Below are positions 35,775 to 46,133 of a stretch of 64,000 nucleotides of DNA, piece by piece. Numbering within the stretch: the first letter of the stretch is position 1; every line of letters starts with the position of its first letter. The DNA is from Azolla caroliniana (lineage: Eukaryota; Plantae; Polypodiophyta). Below the pieces are notes generated by a model. The model saw nothing but the letters and a program-made list of their open reading frames with translations, did no database searches and was not told the DNA's origin. The stretch spans positions 5,704,001 through 5,768,000 of the forward strand of contig JBHGNT010000022.1 in assembly GCA_043228905.1 (NCBI GenBank). The letters run 5' to 3'. The position numbers and the translations under genes were made by a program.

Positions 35775-38700
35775 GTCGCATCGGGTATCGAGGTCGGATG
35801 GTCCGAAAGCGGATTGTTCTGCTGTGCCGAGTCGGGGTCGTCCGAGTCGGTAGTGTAAGGTTCAGCTACCCGTGAAGCTGACCGTGTGTTGAGAGCGGGG
35901 CCTTCTTGAAGGGTCGGCACATCGGAAAATGTTACCCTTCGGACTTCGATCGGTTTTTCGACTGATGGATTCATAGCCGACTCGTTGAACACAACGTCCG
36001 AACTTCGAACGATTTGTCTGCGTTCGGGGTCCCAGAGTCGGTATCCCATTTCGCCGTCGGATCCATATCCAAGGAAAATGCATTTCCTGGACCGAGGTGC
36101 AAGTTTTCGGCGATCATCTTTCGGAATAAGGGCGTACGCCTCGCATCCGAAGATCCTCAGCTTGTCGTAATTCGGCTTACTGCCGATCCATAGTTCCTGA
36201 GGAATTTGAAGTCCTAGAGGTCTACTTGGCGACATATTGATTATGTGTACTGCCGTGAGTAGAGCCTCTGCCCAGAAGCCATCCGACAGTCCGANNNNNN
36301 NNNNNNNNNNNNNNNNNNNNNNNNNNNNNNNNNNNNNNNNNNNNNNNNNNNNNNNNNNNNNNNNNNNNNNNNNNNNNNNNNNNNNNNNNNNNNNACGAAA
36401 GCGGATTGTTCTGCTGTGCCGAGTCGGGGTCGTCCGAGTCGGTAGTGTAAGGTTCAGCTACCCGTGAAGCTGACCGTGTGTTGAGAGCGGGGCCTTCTTG
36501 AAGGGTCGGCACATCGGAAAATGTTACCCTTCGGACTTCGATCGGTTTTTCGACTGATGGATTCATAGCCGACTCGTTGAACACAACGTCCGAACTTCGA
36601 ACGATTTGTCTGCGTTCGGGGTCCCAGAGTCGGTATCCCATTTCGCCGTCGGATCCATATCCAAGGAAAATGCATTTCCTGGACCGAGGTGCAAGTTTTC
36701 GGCGATCATCTTTCGGAATAAGGGCGTACGCCTCGCATCCGAAGATCCTCAGCTTGTCGTAATTCGGCTTACTGCCGATCCATAGTTCCTGAGGAATTTG
36801 AAGTCCTAGAGGTCTACTTGGCGACATATTGATTATGTGTACTGCCGTGAGTAGAGCCTCTGCCCAGAAGCCATCCGACAGTCCGGAGTGTTGGAGCATG
36901 GAAACTATCCTTTCTTGGATTGTCCGATTCATTCGTTCTGCAATCCCGTTTTGCTCCGGACTGTGTGGTGCCGTAAATTCACGTCGGATGCCGCGTTGTC
37001 GGCAGAATTTGACGAATTCATCAGATTTGAACTCTCCCCCATTGTCGGTCCGAAAACATTTCAGTTTTCGGTCGGTTTGATTTTCTACCATAGCGAGCCA
37101 ATCGGAGAAGATCGAGAAGACACGATCTTTGGTGCGAATTGGATACGCCCACACCTTTCGAGTCGAATCGTCAATAAAAGTGACGAAGTAAGAGGCACCG
37201 CCGAGAGACTGATGCGGCATTGGGCCACAGACGTCCGAGTGGACCAAATCGAGAGGTCTCGTTTCTCTTGGTGCTGATGTCGGGTGTGATGCGGCTGCTT
37301 GTTTGCCATACTAGCAATGCTCGCAGAATTGATGGTCGGAGAAGGAGAGTTTAGGGATGTATCCGGCTCTAGATAGATGCGTAATGCCGGCCTTGCTGAG
37401 GTGTCCTAATCTTCTGTGCCATAGTGAAAACACAGGAATATCCACCAAAAACAGGTTACCCTCTCTGAGCGTAACATGTAACGGATACAGTGAGTGTATC
37501 TTGGGTCCTCTAGCAAGCAGGAGGTTCCCCCTGTGGAGTGTCCACCCTCCCGAAGAAAAACCGGCACGAATGTCGTCTTCATCTAGTTGTCCGACTGAGA
37601 TCAATGGCCTTGAGAGCTCGGGTACATGTCGGACATTGTGGAGTACAAGTGTAGAGCCACCTGCAAGGTTGAGCTCTACTGTGCCGATTCCGATGATGTC
37701 ACAGTGTTGTGAGTTGCCGACTCGAACTGAGTCGGAGTGACGGATCGTATATTGCCGAAATTGGGATCGATGAGGAGTCACGTGAAATGACGCGCCCGAA
37801 TCTAAGAGCCATGTGCTCGACTCTTCAGTCGTGAGTAGGACTTCTGATCCGACTGGATTTTCGATTGATAGTATATTCGGGTCGTCTGGTAGCACATCAG
37901 CTGAGAAGCTGACGTAATTGATCTCCTCATGCCGGCCACTCTTCTTGTTGTTCTTGTTCTTGAGTGCGCGGCAGTCGGCTTTGATGTGTCCGGGTTTCTT
38001 GCAATAGTTGCAGATTCGGTTATCCCGTGACTGGCTCCGTCTTCGTTGATTGTTCGGCGGTCGTGAGGAATCTCTTCCTCGTATGTTCGATTGGTCTGTC
38101 GAACCTTGTACTACATAAGCGTCGTCTGTTGAGTCTTTGGCGAAAGACTTTCTCCGAGCTGCTTCGGTCAGGATTGCGCTCGTGACTTCGGAGTATTTAA
38201 CAGCCGTGGTTGACGCGTTGCACACGGTTGTGACGAAAGTTTCCCATGATGAGGGAAGGCTACTCATGAGTATCATTGCTCTGAGTTCATCCTCGATTGC
38301 CGTCCCCTGTGACGAGATTTGGGAGCTTATGCTTTCGTACTCATTGAGGTGTGCTTGAACCGAGTCGGATTCTTTCATCCGCAAGTTGTAGAGGCGCCGG
38401 ATCAGAAACATCTTTGTTGCGGCGACCTTCTTTTCGTAAGTGTCCGACAGTGTTTTCCACAGTTCGAATGCTGTCGTACACGATTGCACCGTAAAGTATA
38501 CCGATTCCGATAGGTGCATCCGAATCGTGGCGCGGACGATTCTGTCCAGCTTCTGCCACTCAATTGGTTTGTATCCTTCTGGAGGTTCTTCATTTTCGAT
38601 TGGATCCATTTGCCCCTTGACTATGAGATAGTCCTGCATTTGCTCCTTCCAGAAGTTGAAGTTCGATCCATCAAACTTTCGTAGACTCATTTCTGACGAG

Positions 38701-39478
38701 CCGGATGTTGATGCCATCAAATTTGGTTTCGGTTGACGAAGCTCGGTTCGGAGTTGACTACGAGCCTTGTTGGAGTGCAGCCGGTTGGCTCACCCGATAT
38801 CGCTCTAGTCGGATTTGAACCCGAGTCGGTTCGGCTTCGGAACTTGCTCGAATTGACTCCGGTAGCTTGAGGGACAGAACCGATTGGTCTTCCCGAATGT
38901 TGCCGAGTCGGAGTGAGCCCGGTTCGCTTCGGATATATATGCCGAATACCGATTATTGAAACCGATTATCTGGACCGATTCTGCTTCGGTTGACTGCAGC
39001 AACGAGAGAGACGGATCCAACTGATCCTCCCGAATGTCGATCAGCCAGATGAAGCACGAATTTGGGGTTGTTGTCTTGAGACCGATCTGCACCGAGTGGT
39101 TACAATGAGCGGCGTTTGATTACCTCTTCGGATGCCGTTTAACCGGGTGGAGCACGATCGTGTCAATGTTGCACAAGGGGATTTCACCTCGAGCGGTTAC
39201 GATCACAAGGGACAGAGTACAACCTACTGGCTTACTCCAAGCGAAGATGATCTAACGCGATGAGATGCAAGCCTCGTTTCTCTTCTTCTTCTCTCTTCTT
39301 CGAATGACGCAGGGAACCGAATGCTGTGCAGGCTGAGACGACGGCCGACAGCAGATTGAAGGACCGACTACTGTGCAGGCTCTGATACCAGATGTTGGGG
39401 ACGAGGTCGTCTATGCGGAAGATCAAGAAGCATTCGATTGGTGTTTGAATACCTGCGTATGACAGTTTCTAGGTCGTT

Positions 39479-39509
<31 letters not shown>

Positions 39510-39680
39510 CACAAAAGATTTTCTTATTCCACAAAGCAATAATACAACACCCAACCTTACAAAAAGGTTACAAGGTCACTATATATAGCGACCGACTTAG
39601 GGCAACTACCCTTTATGCTAATTACACAAATGGCCTAAAGGGATAGTGTGAATACGTCCATTATACACTTGTATTCGACA
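35775..39680 (-). mobile_element. Copia family D copy D2 (5' LTR, gag, PR, INT; truncated before RT)
   Basis: LTR 39393-39680; PBS 39379-39390; ORFs 37311-38720 and 36222-37247 (VHSDVCGP, RTDNGGEF, QNGIAERMN); one TAG stop at 37311. Confidence 0.92.
36295..36394. other. Assembly gap (100 N) with duplicated flanks
   Basis: Sequence ~35803-36293 recurs at ~36396-36885. Confidence 0.95.
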
Positions 39681-42600
39681 AAGGCGTGGGGCTGCGATAG
39701 TCCGGACACTCCGGGAAAACCCCACAAGTGTATGATAGCGAAGAAGACCCGTGCTATAAGTAGGGAATTTTGGTTCTCCGACAACGGAGGGTGTATGTTA
39801 GTCGACGTTGTTGGCCGGAAGAAGAGAAGGGCGGAGGAGCGACTTCGGGCATGTGGCGTCCTCGACCTCGGAGAACAAATCAACAGAGCCGTGGAGGCGG
39901 TCTCTTTCGTCGATACCTTGGGGGAGCTGCGGGAGGTAGTCGGAGGAGTCCTTAAAGAGGACTGGACGATTCCGGTATGTTCGGAAAAGATGTACGAAGT
40001 CATCGCGGACTTCAGTAGAGGGCTCGAGTCGGGTCGGACGGCCCGGGTGGACACGAGGTACAAGACTGTGGACCGGAAGGTGAGGCCAGTCGCGGCTCCC
40101 TTGCCGGAGGGCAGCTAGTTGCGAATAAAGGGGGTTGCGTCGGACCCGAGTTTACGAAATCTGGCCCACATAGGACACACGTTCACCAACATAACGTTGC
40201 GCGAGCTCAAAATCAGTGGGGGCGGCTTCCTACTGCTGGCGGAAGAGGACCGTTTTCGGGGAATGCTCGGAAGGCACGGGAAGGCTTTCGCATTCTCACC
40301 AGAGGAGATCGGGTGCGTAGACCCGACAGTCGTGGAACTGATGGTGATATTCACGGTACCGCATGTGCCGTGGAGTCTCCAACCGATTCCAGTACCCAGA
40401 GCTCACATCCCGAAGCTGATGGAGCTGTTAAAGCAGAAGGTCGAGATGGGAATCCTTGAACCGTCGAGTGCCCCATACTCGAATCAGTGGTTTACTGTGC
40501 CGAAGAAGAACGGCACGCTGCGCTTTATTCAAGATCTGCAGCCGGTCAACAAGGTGACCATTCGAAACGTGGGAATCGGACCGACAATAGATGAGTTCGC
40601 GGAGGCCTTCGTCGGAAGGTCAATTTACTCGGTCGGTGATCTCTACTTGGGGTACGATCAGTTCCAACTGGCCGTAGAGAGCAGAGACATCACAACAATG
40701 CGAACTCCTCTCGGCCTAGTACAGATGTGTACCCTGCCGCAAGGAGGGACGAACTCGGTGGCTGACATGGTGAACGCAATGAACAAAGTGCTGAGGGATT
40801 GTATCCCGGACATCACCATGCCGTTTTTGGACGACGTCCCAATCAAGGGATGCGCGGTGGAGGAAAGGGACGAGACGATCGGACCGGACAGATGCCGGAA
40901 ATTTGTGGTGACGCACATCGATAACTGCGAGAAGGTGCTACAGAGGTTGGAGAGCGCGAGGCTCACCTTCTCCGGGGGAAAGTCGGCCTTCGGGCAATCA
41001 GAGATCATGGTCGTCGGACACCTATGCGGGCCGTACGGCCGGAAACCGTCTCCGGCTAAGGTAGAAGCCATCTCTGCGATGAAGAACGATTGTAGCTCGG
41101 TCACGGAGGTTCGGAGGTTCTTGGGAGCGTGCGCGTTCTACCACATATGGATCCCGCATTACGCTCACGTCGCGGAGCCGTTGTACGGGTTGCTAAAAAA
41201 GGGGCGAAAATTCGAGTGGAGAGGCGAGCATACGGAGTCTGTCCAGAAGATGAAGGAAGCACTTGCCGCGGCTCCGGCACTCCGAAAGGCTATCTACGGA
41301 AAGAGCACTCCAATTTACGTAACGGTAGACACGAGTCCGACCGGGATCGGATGGGTCGTCAACCAAGAGGACGAAGACGGCATGCGTTCCCCGATCCGGT
41401 TCGGCGCGAAGGTCCTCAGCGAGCAACAGCGAGGATACGCCCAGGTTAAACGCGAGCTCTGGGGTATCGTTTCGGCGGTAAAGGCCGATAAAGACTACTT
41501 GATCGGGACAGAGGTAATTATCGAGACGGACTGCCTACCGATCCTTGGCATGGTTTCCGGATGCGTGACGCCTGACCTGGCAATGCTCAGGTGGATAGCA
41601 TACATCAAGTCCCTGAATCCGGAAATACGACACATTTCCGGGAAAGACAACACCATGGCCGACATGCCATGGTTTCAGAGGACAAGGAAGTCGGCGTGGA
41701 CTTCTTCGAGGCGGCTCACGTAACAACCGGCAGGGAATGCTCTCCAACGCTTAACGATTTCGACGAGAGCAAGTACGACGGGGAGTGGCTACAGATCGGC
41801 GGGTTCCTGAAAACAATGACACCGGATGCGGCATGGACAACGGACGAGGCCAACCGGATTCGGAAGAAAGCCTACCGATTCTTTCTCCGGGACGGATACA
41901 TATGGAAGCACCCAAAGAAGAGGAACGGCATCCCGCTCCGAGTGGTGGCGAAGAAGGAGGAACATGAGGATTTGCTGGCGGCGTACCACGATAGCCCGTG
42001 GGCTGGACACCGTGGAACGTGGGCCACGTTCGAAAAGCTAAAGGGGAAGTACTAGTGGCCGGGACTATACCGGGACGTGCATCGGTTCGTGACGACTTGC
42101 GAAAGCTGTCAGGTGCACTCCATGATCCGACATCGGGACGAGCTTCACCCAACCTACCCTCCGACCGTCCACTTCAAGTGGATGGTGGATTTGGTGACAA
42201 TGCCAATGGGGGTAGGACAGATGCGGTATCTGGTGCTGGCTCGGGAAGATCTAACGAACCAGGTTGAAGGCCGAGCCCTGCAGAACAAGACGATGGCAGC
42301 CGTGTGCCAGTTTTTGATTGAGGACGTAGTATGCCGATACGGGTGGGTAGGGAAGATCGTGGCTAACCGTGGTGAGCTGGACGCAGAAGAGGTCGAAGAG
42401 CTGTTCGACCGGCTAGGAGTCAAACTTTCGCTCACCAAAGCGTACAATCCGGAGGCGAACGGGAAGGTGGAGCGCGGACACGGGCCAATTGTCAAAGCGC
42501 TAGTACGGGCGTGCGGAGGCCGAGTCGGGGACTTGTCACGGCTGCTACCTTATGCCTTGTGGGCGAACCGGACTACGCACAGTTCGGTAACCGAGTTCAT

Positions 42601-43058
42601 GTCGGCCGAGCTGATGTTCGGACAGAAGCCGATCATGCCAACAGAGAAAACGATCTCCTCGTGGGCCACGGTGGACTGGAGGGATGAGATGAGCCGGGAG
42701 GAACTGTTGGCGGCGCGGATTCGATAGCTCGAGCGGAGGCCGGAGGACGTAGAGCGAGCCGCGGAGAAACTTCGAGTAGCGAGGATAAGGAACAAAGCCC
42801 GGTTCGACCAAACACACCGGTCCAGGCCAAGGAAGATCGAGGAAGGCGACTGGGTGCTAGTCTACGACAACAACCTCGACAATCAGCACAGGGCCACGCG
42901 GAAGTTTGCGAGGAGGTGGTTCAGGCCTTACGTAGTAATAGACGCCAACGGCAATGGGACGTACCATCTCGCGGAGCTCGACGGTACGAGAATGGCGATA
43001 CCGGTAGCGGGGAAGAGGATCAAAGCGTTCATGAAACGGCACGACGGGGAGTCGGGGC
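39681..43058 (+). pseudogene. Gypsy Y pol (RT-RH-INT) with a few stops and a small deletion
   Basis: RFIQDLQPVN, LPQGGTNS, FLDD, VTVDTSPTGIG, ETDCLPI, HRG..ATF/CESCQ zinc finger, NPEANGKVERGH; no chromodomain seen. Confidence 0.9.
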
Positions 43059-43889
43059 TGTTGGGAGACAGGTCCCTCCAGATGGGAAGGGAGAAGAACA
43101 GTGTCGACGAACAAACTCAGTCGAGGCCGATAGGCCGAGGCCGAAACGGGATGAGGAGTACCCGGCTACGGAGAGACGGATGGTGCATGCCCGGTATGAA
43201 CCGGATGAGGAGTACCCGGCTACAGAGAGCCGGATGGTGCAGGCCCGGTATGAACCGGATGAGGAGTACCCGGCTACGGAGAGCCGGATGGTGCAGGCCC
43301 GGTATGAACCGGAAGAGGAGTACCCGGCTACGGAGAGCCGGATGGTGCAGGCCCGGTATGAACCGGATGAGGAGTACCCGGCTACGGAGAGCCGAATGGT
43401 ACAGACCCGGTGAGAACCGGATGAAGAGACATTCGTAAATATGTTTCTGAGAGCCCATCGAGGCTACATTTGTAAATAGCCGAAAAGTCATATTAGTATA
43501 AATATGACTTAGGGCAAACTTTTAGTAACTATCGTTGTTGTCATTTTTTTTCTTTGTTGGTGCAAGAAGAAGACAGAGCACGTAATAGTGTACTGAGAGA
43601 GAGAGTAAGAGGTCGTTGCCTCTGTTGTAACCGCCGCGTGTGGCGAAGATCTGTGAGCACGAGGTCGTTGCCTCAGTGAACTCACTGTTGTACATTCTCA
43701 CATAGTGACAGTTTGCAGCCTGTGGGCTGCCGTGGTTTTTCCCCTAGTTTGGGGTTTTCCACGTAAACCTCCTGTGTATTATTATTTTTCCTCTCCACTG
43801 TGTCGTGCATTTGTTTCCCGTTTTCTACATATGAAACGAAGCTCGGTTGTGGCCGAGCGTTGGACATAAGGAGCCTTGAGTTCCCGTCA
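43059..43889 (+). mobile_element. Solo LTR related to Copia family C
   Basis: TGTTGGGAGACAGG...TTCCCGTCA; TSD GGGGC (43054-43058, 43890-43894); carries the 54-bp array. Confidence 0.93.
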
Positions 43890-44611
43890 GGGGCTAGGAA
43901 GCATGCACAACGACGACGAGCAGCCCGAGGCGGAGGATGAACCGGTAAACGAGGAATAACGCAAGGATCGGTTTTCTCCCGTAAACCCAATTATGGCGCA
44001 TACCGGTGGATGCGTGGTTAGGTGGGGGCGGATGTCGTGAAGAAAACCGTCCCCAGGCGCAAACCGTGTATAGTGTGTGTGAACCGGCCCTTACACGTGG
44101 GCACGTCCCTTGTCGTATAGTAGATATGTAGGCACAAAGGTTAAATCTTAGGTAGCAATATTCTATAAGGTAAATCGAGGAGTTTCGGACAGAGAATTAA
44201 TGTGATGTAAACGGGTGAAACGGCCTCCCTCCTTGAGCTATAAAAGAGAGGGAGACGGGGGAGAGAAGATATCGCGCACTAGAGGGAACGAAGTGTTGTC
44301 GGACTGGGACCGAGCTCTTCTTCTCTATCGTTCTCCATAGCTTTCTTTTGCGCAGGCTCTCAGGAGGCTGATTCTGCTCCGTGGAACGCCCGTGTGCTTC
44401 CGGCAGAATCTCCATCTTGCTCTCCTGTGTGCGTGGGTGATCAGGCGTCGGCACCCACCTCGCCAACCTAGTCGGCTGTAACCGTTCGAGTCGTCTGCAT
44501 ACATACAAATACATGCCTATATTTACATACACACTCTAGTGTTCTCAACTCGCGTCTCCTGTGTTGTTGTGACGCGTCCCCGTGCGCTTCTTTGTCTATA
44601 TGTGAGTGAGC

Positions 44612-44644
<33 letters not shown>

Positions 44645-44729
44645 TCTCTCTCTTTTCCTCACCTATTCCTCGGTCCAAGACCCCAGTGGTCCCGCCTTGT
44701 TCTCCACGCACGCGCGTAACAACGCGACA

Positions 44730-44961
44730 ACGTTGATGGACCTTGGTGTGTCGCAGATCTCCTTTATCTTCGCGGTGTAGTTGATGTCCGACATGTCCCT
44801 TTGTCTGACATTGTTGAGCTCTTGCCAGAGCTGCAAGTTATGTGCCATGGTATTTGCGGCGAAAATCTTTCTAAGATTTTCCTAGGCTTCCTTCAGTGTT
44901 TTCGCATCTCTGATGTAACCGAGCATCTGGTCATTCACACAAGATGCGAGACAATACAACT
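44730..44961 (-). mobile_element. Copia family A gag fragment
   Basis: LYCLASCV...LQLWQELNNVRQRDMS...KIKEICD...SINV, matching A2 gag. Confidence 0.85.
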
Positions 44962-45013
44962 TGTTCCCATACCGGGATGTCGGCTCCTCCCATAGGAGGG
45001 ACATATTCCTAAC
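44962..45013 (-). repeat. First ~50 bp of a Copia B LTR
   Basis: Reverse complement TGTTAGGAATATGTCCCTCCTATGGGAGG matches the LTR start at 11892. Confidence 0.7.
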
Positions 45014-46133
45014 ATGAAATACAGGGACAACTAGACAAATTCGAGGATGCCCAACTCCAACTCACAATGGAGTTGGAAGCATACGACGCCGAAAGATGGT
45101 GGATCGAAGAAACTCTGAATGAGGACCGACACAAGGAACATGTCACGCTAGTCGGTAGAAAGCCCACCGAGCTATCACATGAACCTCACTAGCAACCCCC
45201 CCTCGACCCCCCCATAGAGGAGTATACACTAGCTGTTATAGCCACGATCGAGGAAGATCAAGGACCACTACAATCGGCACCGATTAAAGGACCCACTCGG
45301 CCACAAGAGAAGGAGATGACAAACGACCCAACCGATCAACCCGTACTCAACGAGGCGACCAATCAAGAAGGGTTGAATATGGAACATGAGTGATAAGCGT
45401 CCACGGAAGGACGAGTGGCGGGAAACGTACCAGTAGACAACACTCCGGCACCCCATGGCAACGACATCACTGGCAGAGGTGAATCGGCTCACCTAGAGCC
45501 GAACATTTTGCACATCTTTGACGATGCCTAGCTGGACAAATTTTGGGTTTGACCAAAGCGCATTGTCCCACGGGCATGCCAAGTGTTGGCCGGCCAGGAC
45601 GGCCAAGTTATGAAAAGTCCGTAGGGACAAGCGTGGGTTGAAGTGGGACTAGAGGAAGAAGCACAAGTAACGCATGAAGTATAATTATAGGAAGTGGTAC
45701 CATTTTCACACAGCAAATAATGACACCATCCATGCCCTATAAAAAGGGACATGTAGTTTTGTAAAGTTGGATATTTTGTATCAGCCTAGACAGTCAAAAA
45801 TCTAATTAGTTCTCTATTTGCTCATACTTTGTGATTCTTCTATGTTGCATGCCACGATGTATCGAGCATTTGAATTCTCTAATTGTGTATTGCATTTGAC
45901 CAGTCGGTTGTAGTTAACTTGTTTTGTAGCTTCACAATAACCATAGCTACCCAACCGGTTCCGATAACCTACATAATCCACACCTGGCCTGTCAACCATA
46001 GTCTGTTTCGCTTGAATCGCAGCTTGTGCTCCAGCCTCCTGACCACAAGACCTTGAGTTGGATACCGAAGGACCAAGTATTCGACTCGCCCATGTTACCC
46101 AAGGAGCGGTAACACTCATTACAATTTCTCACA
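45014..46133 (+). mobile_element. Probable 3' end and LTR of another old retroelement
   Basis: Acidic coding-like remnant, purine run AAGAAGGG ~45365, TG at 45380, CTATAAAA ~45737, CA at 46133; no partner LTR in the window. Confidence 0.35.

Larger units (their letters stand above)
39681..44729 (+). mobile_element. Pol-bearing Gypsy element Y (4-bp-TSD group), 5' part missing
   Basis: RT, RNase H and integrase 39681-43058; PPT AGGTGGGGGCGGA 44020-44032; 3' LTR 44033-44729 (TGTCGTGAAGAA...GTAACAACGCGACA). Confidence 0.9.

Noticed and set aside
33578-39680. A novel element with inverted LTRs (DIRS-like) or a giant-TIR transposon
   Set aside because: Each arm has its own PBS and Copia gag-PR, the integrase is DDE type, there is no tyrosine recombinase or transposase, and no shared TSD.
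45014-45023. TGAAATACAG matching 24890 as a TSD or rearrangement clue
   Set aside because: Similarity ends after 10 bp and the downstream sequences are unrelated; likely chance.
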